NCBI GenBank assembly: GCA_012799455.1
Contig: JAAZLE010000008.1
Coordinates: 1-58,301, forward strand
Length of the DNA: 58,301 nucleotides
Direction of reading: 5' to 3'
Origin: Clostridiales bacterium
Lineage (GTDB): Bacteria > Bacillota > Clostridia > Christensenellales > DTU072
Shown: positions 9,362-19,176 of the stretch, in pieces
How positions within the stretch are numbered: position 1 is the stretch's first letter
Layout of the letters: each line of letters begins with the position of its first letter
Position numbers and translations under genes: made by a program
The notes under the pieces: model-generated
Seen by the model: only the letters and a program-made list of their open reading frames with translations
Database searches by the model: none
What the model was told of the DNA's origin: nothing

Positions 9362-9399
9362 ATAACCGGTGCTGCTAATATTAAAGCAACACCGGTTAT
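9362..9399. terminator. Hairpin between convergent genes (probable bidirectional terminator)
   Basis: ATAACCGGTG(CTGCT)...(AGCAA)CACCGGTTAT inverted repeat, with an A-run to the left. Confidence 0.65.
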
Positions 9400-9428
9400 T
9401 AGATGCATAAATGTGTTATTAATAAGTA

Positions 9429-10646
9429 TTAACTGATTGTATGTAATGGTTCTACTATAAGCATTTTCTTATTTAAATAATTGGTTTTGTTTATGACAGA
9501 AAGAGTGCCTTGGGCTTTGAAGTCAAGTTTAATCAGTGGCCTTAAACTTTTATCAACTTTGCTTATATCACTATATCTTGTCAATATATTTTTAGAGTTT
9601 TTAAAGTACTCAGAAAGGATTTCTGTTTTGCGGGTTGAATTAATTGCTAGTATTTGAGCAAACGCTGGTGTCGATAAGGCATGTGTGTAATCTTCTTTAT
9701 AGATATCAAATAAAGCATATAAACATATGCGTTTTAGTCTTGCCATGGTAAAATTCTTTGTTTTTGCAGCAGCTAGCATGTTTTCGTAAGTACTAGACTT
9801 CATGGCGGCAATTAATAGACGATTATGTATTCCGCCAGATACATCATAAAGTTGTTCTAATTCAGTTGCTTCCATTGATTTAAGTTTAAAAAGAACTAAA
9901 CTTCCTAGCTCATCATCTTGAGGCCAGTGTTGTCTAAGCATATTATATGTACTTTCGGGAACATTGTTTTGCAACTCTTTAAAATTTCCATCTTTTACAG
10001 CTCGTCTAACAGCAGAGGAAGATGGCATTTCTCCCGATAAATCGTCAGAATTGAAATCTGAACCTATTCGCTGTATTGTGTGAAATTTAATTTTAAAATT
10101 CAATTTTTTTGCTGCTATGATATATGCTATTCCCAAAACATTGTTAGGCTGATCTAAAATATTGCACAAATCTTTATACTCATCATTAAGTTGAGAATAT
10201 TGTTTTAAAGCAAGAGACCGAGCTTGGGGGAATGAGAGACCTGTTTTTAGTAGCGTTTGAAGAGCGCTTTTAAATTCTTTAGGTTCTGAATATAGGAGAT
10301 TTGCGATTTTAGTCAGTTTTTCGATATCCCCACATTCGCTACCGAAACTAACATATTTAACATTGGGGAATGTTGATATGGTTTTAATTGCGCCGTATGC
10401 AAAGTTATCTGCAGGTGATATGGCGTATATGGTAGGCAGTTCTAGGACGATATCAGCTCCGTGCAGAATTGCTTGCTCTGCTCTAAGATATTTATCGGCA
10501 ATGGCAGCGTCTCCGCGCTGTGTAAAACTGCCGCTCATGACACATAAAATTGTGTCTGCTTTCGTTTCTTCTTTAGCTAACTTGAGGTGCATTACGTGAC
10601 CGTTAGTTAGGGGGTTGTATTCACAAATAATGGCTGTAGTTTTCAT
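9429..10646 (-). CDS. tmcAL: tRNA(Met) cytidine acetate ligase TmcAL (YlbM family, HIGH nucleotidyltransferase)
   Basis: ICEYNPLTNGH, VMSGSFTQRG, FAYGAI, GSECG, PNNVLGIAY, SSSAVR, KTKNFTMARLKR; start taken at ATG 10646 (MKTTAII). Confidence 0.88.
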   Translation of the reverse strand: MKTTAIICEYNPLTNGHVMHLKLAKEETKADTILCVMSGSFTQRGDAAIADKYLRAEQAILHGADIVLELPTIYAISPADNFAYGAIKTISTFPNVKYVSFGSECGDIEKLTKIANLLYSEPKEFKSALQTLLKTGLSFPQARSLALKQYSQLNDEYKDLCNILDQPNNVLGIAYIIAAKKLNFKIKFHTIQRIGSDFNSDDLSGEMPSSSAVRRAVKDGNFKELQNNVPESTYNMLRQHWPQDDELGSLVLFKLKSMEATELEQLYDVSGGIHNRLLIAAMKSSTYENMLAAAKTKNFTMARLKRICLYALFDIYKEDYTHALSTPAFAQILAINSTRKTEILSEYFKNSKNILTRYSDISKVDKSLRPLIKLDFKAQGTLSVINKTNYLNKKMLIVEPLHTIS

Positions 10647-10883
10647 AACATTAATCACTTATTCAATCGCAAGTAAACTTAAATACTTGCTTTTTTTATG
10701 TATTCATTATAACATACATTAGGAAATTAACCAGCATGTGTTGGTGTTTTAATAATTATCATAAGGATACTAATAGATTTCGATAAATATAGTTTGTGTT
10801 GTTTGTTAAGGTTGCCACAAGTGAAATGAAAGCTGTTTATATATCGAATGTTTTAACTAAAATTCATTAAAAGGAGGTTTTTT

Positions 10884-11885
10884 ATGTCAAAACTTATGGA
10901 GCAAATTATTTCCAGAGCTACTACGATGTATCGTCATATAGTCCTTGCGGAAGGAGAAGAGCAAAGAGTTATTCGTGCTGCAGAGCTGATTAATAAGATG
11001 AAAATGTCAAAGCTCATATTGCTTGGGAATAGAGATAAGATATTATCAATTGCAGAACCTAATTCGCTTAATGGTGTGGAGATTGTTGATCCGAAGACAT
11101 CCAATAATAGTGAACGATACACTAACTTGTTGTATGAACTAAGGAAAGAAAAAGGGTTGTCGTTGAGTGCTGCTGAAGATTTAGTTTTAAATAATAATTT
11201 ATATTATGGTTGCTTAATGATAAAAAGTGGAGATGCAGACGGTATGGTTGCGGGAGCCATAAATTCAACTAGCGATGTACTAAGACCTGCTTTGCAAATA
11301 ATAAAGATGAAAACTGGAATAAAGACTGTATCGAGTTTTTTCCTCATTGCTATGCCTTCGGGCTCTCAGTTTGGGAAAGATGGAGTTATGGTTTTTTCCG
11401 ATTGTGGAGTTATACCAGACCCCACGTCAGACCAGCTTGTGGACATCGCAATGAGTGCAGCTGAAAGTGCACGTAAAATTGCTTCTATTGATGAACCTAA
11501 AGTAGCAATGTTATCTTTTTCTACAAAAGGAAGCGCATCTCATCCGTTGGTTGAGAAGGTCGTTAGTGCTACGAAGAAACTGCAGTCTATGAATCTTGAT
11601 TTTGATATTGATGGAGAATTTCAACTTGATACTGCATTAGTGCCCTCAGTCGCTAAACTTAAAGCGCCAGGTAGCACGGTTGCAGGGCATGCTAATGTTT
11701 TAATATTCCCAGATTTGCAATCAGGAAATATTGGATACAAAATGGCGCAACGATTAGGTGGGGCTAAAGCTATTGGTCCAATATGCCAAGGACTCGCCAA
11801 GCCAGTAAATGATTTATCTAGGGGATGTAATGTTACTGATATTATAGGAGCTGTTGCAATTACTGTTCTACAGCTTGCAGATTAG
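10884..11885 (+). CDS. pta: Phosphate acetyltransferase
   Basis: IVLAEGEE, DGMVAGA, FSDCGV, VAMLSFSTKGSA, DGEFQLD, FPDLQSGNIGYK, NDLSRGC; SD AAGGAGG. Confidence 0.95.
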   Translation: MSKLMEQIISRATTMYRHIVLAEGEEQRVIRAAELINKMKMSKLILLGNRDKILSIAEPNSLNGVEIVDPKTSNNSERYTNLLYELRKEKGLSLSAAEDLVLNNNLYYGCLMIKSGDADGMVAGAINSTSDVLRPALQIIKMKTGIKTVSSFFLIAMPSGSQFGKDGVMVFSDCGVIPDPTSDQLVDIAMSAAESARKIASIDEPKVAMLSFSTKGSASHPLVEKVVSATKKLQSMNLDFDIDGEFQLDTALVPSVAKLKAPGSTVAGHANVLIFPDLQSGNIGYKMAQRLGGAKAIGPICQGLAKPVNDLSRGCNVTDIIGAVAITVLQLAD

Positions 11886-11971
11886 TAAACATATTAAATA
11901 ACGGCTTATAATACAGTGTTTATCTTATGATTATCATGAATATAAATTAAAGTTATCAATAAGGAGTTAAT

Positions 11972-13180
11972 ATGAAAATATTGGTTGTAAACGCGGGAAG
12001 TTCTTCGCTTAAATATCAAATAATAGATGCTGAGACAGAAAAGACAATTGGTAAAGGTCTTGTAGAGAGAATTGGCCTAGATGGATCTTCCATCAAGCAA
12101 GAAGGCCAAAATGGCAAGAAATTAGTTATTAAGAGAGATTTAAAAGATCATACTGCGGCTTTTGAGTTGGTGATTAAATCGCTACTCGATGCAGAAAATG
12201 GCATTATTAAGTCCATGGACGAAATTATGGCGATTGGACATAGAGTCCTTCACAGTGCGGAAGATTTTAGCGAAAGCGTGTTGGTAACTCTAGATGTGTT
12301 GAAAATATGTAAAAGAAATGTGCCTCTAGGAGAATTGCATATGCCAGCTAATATTAGTTGTATGGAAGTTTGTATGAAGCTAATGCCTAAGACCCCAAAT
12401 GTTGCGGTGTTTGATACGTCTTTTCACCTAACAATGCCTCCCCACGCATATATGTATGCGATAAAGTATGAAGATTATGAGATGTATCAATTAAGAAGAT
12501 ATGGGTTTCATGGGACAAGCCATAGGTATGTGTCAAGTGAGGCTATAAAATACATGGGCAGTAAAGAGGGTTTAAAAATCATAACCTGCCACCTAGGTAA
12601 TGGCAGTTCTATCGCTGCAATACGCGATGGTAAGTGTATAGATACTACAATGGGGTTAACTCCTCTAGAAGGGCTTGTCATGGGGACTCGCAGCGGAGAT
12701 ATAGATCCTGCCGCAATAGCCTATCTCGCAAAAAAGAAAGGACAAACAGCTGAGGAAGTTGTTACGTATTTGAACAAAGAATGTGGTTTTTTGGGGATTT
12801 GCGGATATAGTGACAATAGAGATGTTGTAGAAAAGGCTAAAAATGGAGATTATCACGCACAGCTGGCATGTGATATGTTTGCATATCGGATAAAAAAATA
12901 CATCGGTGCATATACAGTAGCTCTTGGTGGGTTGGACTGCATCGTTTTTACAGGTGGTATAGGTGAGAACTCAAGATCTTCAAGGAAGGACATTATGCAA
13001 GGTTTAGAAACCCTTGGTATTCATTTTGATTATGCTAAAAACGAAGAAGTCAAAGGTGGATGTTTTTCCGATTTGACAGCAGAATCAAGTAAGGTAAAAG
13101 TATTGGTTATACCTACAAATGAAGAGCTTGTGATCGCCCGAGATGCAAAAAGGATCGCTTTAGAAAAGAAAGAAATTTAA
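11972..13180 (+). CDS. ackA: Acetate kinase
   Basis: ILVVNAGSSSLK, GHRVLH, FDTSFH, RRYGFHGTSH, CHLGNGSS, GTRSGD, FTGGIGEN, PTNEE. Confidence 0.96.
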   Translation: MKILVVNAGSSSLKYQIIDAETEKTIGKGLVERIGLDGSSIKQEGQNGKKLVIKRDLKDHTAAFELVIKSLLDAENGIIKSMDEIMAIGHRVLHSAEDFSESVLVTLDVLKICKRNVPLGELHMPANISCMEVCMKLMPKTPNVAVFDTSFHLTMPPHAYMYAIKYEDYEMYQLRRYGFHGTSHRYVSSEAIKYMGSKEGLKIITCHLGNGSSIAAIRDGKCIDTTMGLTPLEGLVMGTRSGDIDPAAIAYLAKKKGQTAEEVVTYLNKECGFLGICGYSDNRDVVEKAKNGDYHAQLACDMFAYRIKKYIGAYTVALGGLDCIVFTGGIGENSRSSRKDIMQGLETLGIHFDYAKNEEVKGGCFSDLTAESSKVKVLVIPTNEELVIARDAKRIALEKKEI

Positions 13181-13260
13181 TTATTTAATTACTATTGTAA
13201 TTTGGAAATAATTATTATTTTAAATCATAAAAAACAGCATCAAAGGTAGTATATAAAGAT

Positions 13261-13289
13261 TTGACATGATTTTTACAGTTATGTATAAT
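13261..13289 (+). promoter_or_regulatory. Sigma-A promoter for rpmF
   Basis: TTGACA-17 nt-TATAAT with an extended TG; perfect consensus. Confidence 0.85.
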
Positions 13290-13316
13290 AGTTGAGTTAA
13301 CTAAAGGAGGTGTAAT

Positions 13317-13505
13317 ATGGCCGTCCCAAAAAGTAAAGTTTCAAAACAAAGAAGAAATAAAAGAGCAGCGAATTGGAAATTAAGCAGCCCCAATCTTTCA
13401 CCATGTTCAAATTGTAAAGAGCTAATTGAAGGGCATAAAGTGTGCCCACATTGCGGGTACTATAAAGGAAAGCCAGTGGTTGTGAAAACCGAGAAAACTG
13501 AGTAA
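13317..13505 (+). CDS. rpmF: 50S ribosomal protein L32 (Zn-ribbon form)
   Basis: MAVPKSKVSKQRRNKR, CSNC...HKVCPHCGYY; SD AAGGAGG. Confidence 0.96.
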   Translation: MAVPKSKVSKQRRNKRAANWKLSSPNLSPCSNCKELIEGHKVCPHCGYYKGKPVVVKTEKTE

Positions 13506-13511
13506 AAATGA

Positions 13512-13538
13512 AAGGGAGGATAAACCTTCCTTATTTTT
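13512..13538 (+). terminator. Intrinsic terminator after rpmF
   Basis: AAGGGAGG-ataaa-CCTTCCTT stem followed by a T-run. Confidence 0.6.
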
Positions 13539-13545
13539 TAGTTTA

Positions 13546-14547
13546 ATGAAGATAGTATTTGATGCATTTGGTGGCGATAATAGCCCAATAGAGGCTGTAA
13601 AGGGTGCGGTCTTAGCCTTAGAGGCAAGACGGAATTTTAGTATTGTTTTAGTAGGTCAACAAGAAATAATTTTTAATGAGTTGAGAAAATACCAATATGA
13701 CAAAGATAGGATAACAGTAATAGATGCACCAGAGATTATTTCAAATGACGATTCACCAGTTTTGGCTGTCAGAAAAAAGAAAAATAGTTCAATCGTAGTG
13801 GGGTTAAAGCTACTAAATGACATTCCTGGCTGCGAGGTTTTTGTTTCCGCAGGGAGTACAGGTGCGGTCTTGACAGCTGCAACTCTTTTATTAAAGAGAG
13901 CGCCTGGCGTTATTAGGCCTGCACTAGCTCCGGTACTGCCTGCTTCTGGGAATAAACAAGTTGTTTTAATTGATTGTGGCGCAAATGTTGAAGTCAAACC
14001 AGAAATGCTTGCCCAGTTTGCTTTAATTGGAACCGCATATGCTAGGGCTATTAGCAACAATCAAGAAATTAAAGTCGGGTTACTAAGTAATGGTCGTGAG
14101 GTTGGTAAAGGAACGAGTTTTATAAAGGATGCATACGACATAATAGCTCAAGATGATAGAATTAACTTTATAGGCAACATTGAGGCAAGAGATATATTAT
14201 CAGGTGAGGTTGATGTTGTTGTTGCTGATGGGTTCAGTGGAAATATAGCATTAAAGGCGAGTGAAGGAACTGCCCTGATGATGTTAAAGTTGATTAAAGA
14301 AAGTATATTAAATAATGGAATAAGAGCAAAAATTGGATATCTATTTTTAAAACCTGTTTTTAAAGAAATTAAAAAAACATTAGACTATAACGATAATGGG
14401 GGAGCTGTTTTGTTAGGCTTGGATAAGTTAGTGATAAAAACCCACGGTTCCAGCAAGGCCAAATCGTTCAAAGCAGCCATTTTACAGGCTGCAAGCATTG
14501 CAGAGAAGGGATTGATTACGCAAGTAAGTTCTATTTTAACTGAATAA
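13546..14547 (+). CDS. plsX: Phosphate acyltransferase PlsX
   Basis: DAFGGDNSP, KKNSS, SAGSTGA, IRPAL, DCGAN, DGFSGNIALKASEG, GGAVLLG, KTHGSS. Confidence 0.95.
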   Translation: MKIVFDAFGGDNSPIEAVKGAVLALEARRNFSIVLVGQQEIIFNELRKYQYDKDRITVIDAPEIISNDDSPVLAVRKKKNSSIVVGLKLLNDIPGCEVFVSAGSTGAVLTAATLLLKRAPGVIRPALAPVLPASGNKQVVLIDCGANVEVKPEMLAQFALIGTAYARAISNNQEIKVGLLSNGREVGKGTSFIKDAYDIIAQDDRINFIGNIEARDILSGEVDVVVADGFSGNIALKASEGTALMMLKLIKESILNNGIRAKIGYLFLKPVFKEIKKTLDYNDNGGAVLLGLDKLVIKTHGSSKAKSFKAAILQAASIAEKGLITQVSSILTE

Positions 14548-14579
14548 AACTATAAGAGACGATATTATCTTATAATTTT

Positions 14580-14612
14580 ACTATGTGTATTTATGCACTA
14601 TGTGTATTTATG
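14580..14612. repeat. Tandem direct repeat, 16-bp unit twice with period 17
   Basis: ACTATGTGTATTTATG at 14580-14595 and again at 14597-14612. Confidence 0.85.
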
Positions 14613-14676
14613 TAATAACGGCATATTTGCGTAGTTATATATTGGATATAAAACTCATTTGGAGAAATGGAATGGT

Positions 14677-15336
14677 ATGGAAATAGATTTTATAACGATT
14701 GAGTCAAAGTTAAATTATATTTTTTCAAATAAAGAATTGTTAATTGAAGCGTTTACGCATAGCTCCTATGCAAACGAATGTAAAAACAAATTTAGTGATT
14801 ATGAAAGACTGGAATTTGTGGGAGATAGCTTTATCGGAGCTATTGTGTCTGAGTATCTATACTTAAAATATCCTACAATTAATCAAGGACAATTGTCAAA
14901 AATTAAAGCTTTTTTAGTTTCTGCAAAACTTTTTGCTGAGATCATAAACAATTTAGATTTGGTGAAATATTTGCAAATAGGAGAAGCTTTGGGTGGGTCT
15001 GTGAGTGATAGGCTGAAAGGAGATTTGTTTGAAGGTATTATAGGGGCCGTTTATATTGATTGTAAGAGTTATAACACCACTAAAAATGTCGTGCTTAAAT
15101 TGATGAAAGAATATTTAGATAGAGAGTATAACACGGAAGATCTGTCAGATTACAAGTCGCGTATTTTTGAGGTTTGTGCAAAAAATGGTTGGGAGATTAA
15201 ATTTATTACTAACAAAAATAGTGTAGGTTTTATATCAAAAATTATTATCGACGGAAAAGCATTTGGTGAGGGGGAAGGTCGTTCAAAAAAAGCGGCGGAA
15301 CAAAAAGCATCAAGAGAGGCTTTGACGAAATTTTAG
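14677..15336 (+). CDS. rnc: Ribonuclease III
   Basis: AFTHSSYAN, YERLEFVGD, DLFEGIIGAVY, C-terminal dsRBD GEGRSKKAAEQ; start could be TTG 14659 or ATG 14677. Confidence 0.93.
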   Translation: MEIDFITIESKLNYIFSNKELLIEAFTHSSYANECKNKFSDYERLEFVGDSFIGAIVSEYLYLKYPTINQGQLSKIKAFLVSAKLFAEIINNLDLVKYLQIGEALGGSVSDRLKGDLFEGIIGAVYIDCKSYNTTKNVVLKLMKEYLDREYNTEDLSDYKSRIFEVCAKNGWEIKFITNKNSVGFISKIIIDGKAFGEGEGRSKKAAEQKASREALTKF

Positions 15337-15365
15337 AACATAAGATAATCACACGATATGAGAGA

Positions 15366-15392
15366 ATTTGTAGCTAAGGCTACAAATATTTT
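15366..15392 (+). terminator. Hairpin after rnc
   Basis: ATTTGTAGC-taag-GCTACAAAT followed by ATTTT. Confidence 0.55.
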
Positions 15393-15394
15393 AA

Positions 15395-15422
15395 TTGAGA
15401 TATATTTTTAATGCGGTATAAT
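15395..15422 (+). promoter_or_regulatory. Probable sigma-A promoter for smc
   Basis: TTGAGA-16 nt-TATAAT. Confidence 0.5.
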
Positions 15423-15534
15423 TTTTTGAATGCTTATTATTATATTACGTATGTTGTTTTGTATTTGCCATTTTCTTATTACTTTTATATAATTAAATAT
15501 GTTTAATGTACTCTGAGGTTTTGGTAGGTGAGAT

Positions 15535-18500
15535 TTGAATTTATATAAAATTGAAATACAGGGATTTAAATCTTTTGCTGATAGGACAGAAATAAAGTTT
15601 GAGTCCGGAGTCACTGCAATTGTTGGTCCTAATGGTTGTGGGAAGTCTAACGTAGTTGATGCTGTAAGATGGGTTATTGGAGAACAAAAACCTACGGAAC
15701 TTCGAATAAGCAAAAGTACTGATTTAATTTTTAATGGCACTGCTTCTAGAGGATCTCATTCATATTGTGAGGTTTCATTATTTCTTGACAATTCTAAAAA
15801 AATATTTCCAGTCGAATATGATGATTTAATTGTTACTAGGAAACTAGACCGTAGTGGCGAAAGCACTTTCTCTATTAATGGACAAAAAGCACAATTAAAA
15901 GATGTTGTTAATTTATTCAGAGACACTGGTGCAGGGAAAGAAGGCTATAGCATAATTGGACAAGGGAAAATTACTGCGTTAATGGATTCTAAGCCGACAG
16001 AACGTCGCCTAGTGTTCGAAGAAGCCGCGGGTATAACGAAAATTAGAGATCAAAAGGAAAAAACAGAGCGTAAATTAGAAAGAACGAGAGATAATATGTC
16101 TCGATTAAATGACATAATGCATGAAATTGAATCAAACCTCGGCCCGCTTGAAGAAGAAGCGAAACAAGCAATTAAGATGAAAGGATTGAAGGAGAATCTA
16201 AAAGATGAAGAAATTGCGTTATATCTTTATCAGTGCGAAAATAGTGATGAGGCGAAAGCAGCAGCAGAATCTGAGTTAAAAAAGGCGAAAGAAGCTCTAA
16301 TTCTACAGGAGAATCTACTTGATAAGCTTACAGAAAGACAGGATAAAGTATTGTTTGAGAGAGACAATATTGATAAACAAATTGAAGAATTACATCAAAA
16401 GATTCTCAATCTTATGCTTGCTAATGAAAAGGAAAAAAACGAGTACGATATTTTAGTGATGCAGTTAAAACATGCTACTGATGCATTAGAGAAAAACAGA
16501 ACTAAATCAGATGCTAATTTAATCATTATGAAAGATCTGTCAAAAAATGCAATTAGTGTGGCAGAAGAGAAGGCTGCTATGGAAAAAACTATCTTGGAAA
16601 TTAAAGAGCAGCTATTAGACGTCGAAAAGGAATACGCCGTTCTAGAAAAGTCAGTCACCCAACAAGAAGAAGCAATAGCATTGAGTCAAGACTTGTTGTT
16701 GGCGAATGCGGATAAGCGTGGGGAAATTAACACGTTAGTCGCAGAATACCAAATAGAAGCAAAGCTATTAGAAGATGATGTGAAAGATGTTAGGAAGGTT
16801 CTATCATCTCTTGAAAGTTCCAAAAACAATTTTTCTATAGAGTTAGCTAAAAAACAAGATGAAAATAACTCTTTACTTGTAGATAGACAGGCAAAAGCAA
16901 AAGAAATAGAGGAAATTAATATAAGAATTGCAGAAAATCAGTCTGACATGCTAGCGTTTAAGGACAAAAAGGATCGGTTGTCAAAAGACATAGATAATAC
17001 AAAATTTAGTATTGAAACGATTAAATCAATGCTTGAATCGTACAATAATTATGAATATGCAATTCAGGAACTAATGGCTAAAAAGCAAACAGATGAAAGA
17101 GTCAATAAATCAATAATAGGTACTTTTGCAGAAATTATAAGTGTGCCCGAAGTTTATGTTGTAGCAATAGAGGTTGCATTAGGTAATGCACTTCAAAATA
17201 TTGTAACAACAGATGAATTCGCAACTTCTTATCTTATTGATGTTTTAAAGAAGAATGCCTACGGCAGAGCAACTTTTTTGCCACTAACTACGGTAAAAGC
17301 AAATCCGCTTCAGGCACAATATAACGATGTTTTTTCCGAAAATGGTGTTTTAGGCTGCGCAACGGAATTAATTCAGTATGAATCAAGATTTTCTGCTATC
17401 GTTTCTAGTTTTCTAGGCAGAACTATAATTGTCGAAAACAAGGCTGTTGCTATAGATATTGCTAGGAAATATAATTACGGATTTAGGATAATTACTTTGG
17501 ATGGTGAAGCCTTTTTGCCTAGTGGTGCCATTTCTGGCGGCTCTGTTAACAAGAGGTCAACTCGTTTTCTTTCCGCAGAGAGTGACTTAGAAAAAGCAGA
17601 GAAGAAACTTAAGAAATTAGAAAAAGATTATAACGAAATACAGTTAGTTATTGATGATTTTAATAAAGAAACAGAAGACATTCAAAAACATTTAAAAGTA
17701 GTTGAAGCGAGGCATCTCCAACTAGAAAAAGACCTTATATCTAGTAAGTCCAGTATGGATAACTTAGAGGTGAATATTAAAGAGACTGACAATAAAATTC
17801 GCACATTAAGTGATGACCTTATTCAAAAAAATAACAGAATTAACGAATTATCAACACTGCTTAAGTCTACAAAAGAGAGTAGTATGTTTGCTCAAAATGA
17901 AAAAATAACGGCGGATGACTACATTAATGAATCGCGAGATAAGTTGGTCAAAGATAAGGAAAAGAAAAATCAGCTAGCATCCGCATTATCAACATTAAAA
18001 GAATCTTACGCATCTATGAACACATCAATAACTAATTTCGACCAAAGCATAAAAGCAAGTAACGATAGATATGTCAATATTGAAAGAGAGCAAGCTGAAC
18101 TTAAGAGCGAGTATAATACGTTAAATTCTGAAATTGAAGCAATACAAAACAAAATAGATAGTCGTGATTTAGTTGATGTAGACACTGAACAGGTTGAAAA
18201 GCTTAAGGCAGAAAAAGATGCGTTAAATTCGCGCAAAAACGAACTCAGTTCGATTATGCAGAAAATTATATTAGAGCAAAGCGAACTGAATGCAAAGCAA
18301 CGAACATTGTCAGAAAAGAAGGCAAAAGAAGAAGCGAATTTGGAAAAAATTATGCTTGAATTGGAGAACACATCTACTAAAATTTTGGAGACATATGGGT
18401 ATGATCAAAATGCAGCAAAGAATTATTGGTCTATTTCCGAAAAGCCCCCGCTAGAAAAGGAATATGATATACAAAAAGCTCTTGAGAGGATAGCTAAGGT

Positions 18501-19176
18501 AAGGCGCTCTATTGAGAGGTTAGGTTTAGTCAATGAGCTGGCAGAGGAAAAGTTTGCTCAAGAAAGTGAACGATATGAAAGAATGGTTGAACAATTTGAT
18601 GACCTAAGTGCTGCCGAGAAGGATTTAATCAACATAATTACCGACCTCACGAAAGAAATGGAAATAAAGTTTTTAGATACCTTTAAGAAAATTAATGAAA
18701 ATTTCAAAACCACATTTGCAGAGTTTTTTGGTGGGGGAACAGCTGTTTTAAGTCTAGAAAAAGGAGTTAGTCCCTTAACTGCAGGTATAGAAATACAAGC
18801 ACAGCCTCCAGGTAAAAAACTATTATCTTTGGCTCCATTATCGGGAGGAGAAAGGGCGCTAACGGCGATTGCACTACTGTTTGCAATAACAAAATTAAGT
18901 CCGATGCCTTTTAGCTTTTTAGATGAAATAGATTCTGCGTTAGATGAAGCTAATGCTAGACTTTTTGCACAGTATCTAAACAAGTTTTCTGATGTATCAC
19001 AGTTTATTGTTGTAACGCATAGAAAAGCTACTATGGCACTATGTGATACGTTATATGGCTTTACTATGCAGGAAAAAGGTGTTAGTAAAATGGTAAAAGT
19101 AAAGCTTGAAGAAGCTGCTAGACAGATAGATGAGACTGAAAAACTAGAGAGAAAAAAATCTGGAGAGGATTCATAA
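15535..19176 (+). CDS. smc: Chromosome segregation protein SMC
   Basis: Walker A GPNGCGKSN, long coiled coils, hinge (GRATFLPL, TLDGE...GAISGG), signature LSGGE, Walker B FLDEIDSALD; TTG start with SD AGGTGA. Confidence 0.96.
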   Translation: MNLYKIEIQGFKSFADRTEIKFESGVTAIVGPNGCGKSNVVDAVRWVIGEQKPTELRISKSTDLIFNGTASRGSHSYCEVSLFLDNSKKIFPVEYDDLIVTRKLDRSGESTFSINGQKAQLKDVVNLFRDTGAGKEGYSIIGQGKITALMDSKPTERRLVFEEAAGITKIRDQKEKTERKLERTRDNMSRLNDIMHEIESNLGPLEEEAKQAIKMKGLKENLKDEEIALYLYQCENSDEAKAAAESELKKAKEALILQENLLDKLTERQDKVLFERDNIDKQIEELHQKILNLMLANEKEKNEYDILVMQLKHATDALEKNRTKSDANLIIMKDLSKNAISVAEEKAAMEKTILEIKEQLLDVEKEYAVLEKSVTQQEEAIALSQDLLLANADKRGEINTLVAEYQIEAKLLEDDVKDVRKVLSSLESSKNNFSIELAKKQDENNSLLVDRQAKAKEIEEINIRIAENQSDMLAFKDKKDRLSKDIDNTKFSIETIKSMLESYNNYEYAIQELMAKKQTDERVNKSIIGTFAEIISVPEVYVVAIEVALGNALQNIVTTDEFATSYLIDVLKKNAYGRATFLPLTTVKANPLQAQYNDVFSENGVLGCATELIQYESRFSAIVSSFLGRTIIVENKAVAIDIARKYNYGFRIITLDGEAFLPSGAISGGSVNKRSTRFLSAESDLEKAEKKLKKLEKDYNEIQLVIDDFNKETEDIQKHLKVVEARHLQLEKDLISSKSSMDNLEVNIKETDNKIRTLSDDLIQKNNRINELSTLLKSTKESSMFAQNEKITADDYINESRDKLVKDKEKKNQLASALSTLKESYASMNTSITNFDQSIKASNDRYVNIEREQAELKSEYNTLNSEIEAIQNKIDSRDLVDVDTEQVEKLKAEKDALNSRKNELSSIMQKIILEQSELNAKQRTLSEKKAKEEANLEKIMLELENTSTKILETYGYDQNAAKNYWSISEKPPLEKEYDIQKALERIAKVRRSIERLGLVNELAEEKFAQESERYERMVEQFDDLSAAEKDLINIITDLTKEMEIKFLDTFKKINENFKTTFAEFFGGGTAVLSLEKGVSPLTAGIEIQAQPPGKKLLSLAPLSGGERALTAIALLFAITKLSPMPFSFLDEIDSALDEANARLFAQYLNKFSDVSQFIVVTHRKATMALCDTLYGFTMQEKGVSKMVKVKLEEAARQIDETEKLERKKSGEDS

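Noticed and set aside
10595-10625. TmcAL HIGH motif reads PLTNGH instead of PFHNGH
   Set aside because: TxGH is a common, functional HIGH-family variant.
15408-18983. Minus-strand ORFs overlapping smc (110-141 aa), and similar shadow ORFs throughout the window
   Set aside because: They lie inside or overlap strongly supported genes, have F/S/I/L-rich reverse-complement composition, and show no recognisable domains.
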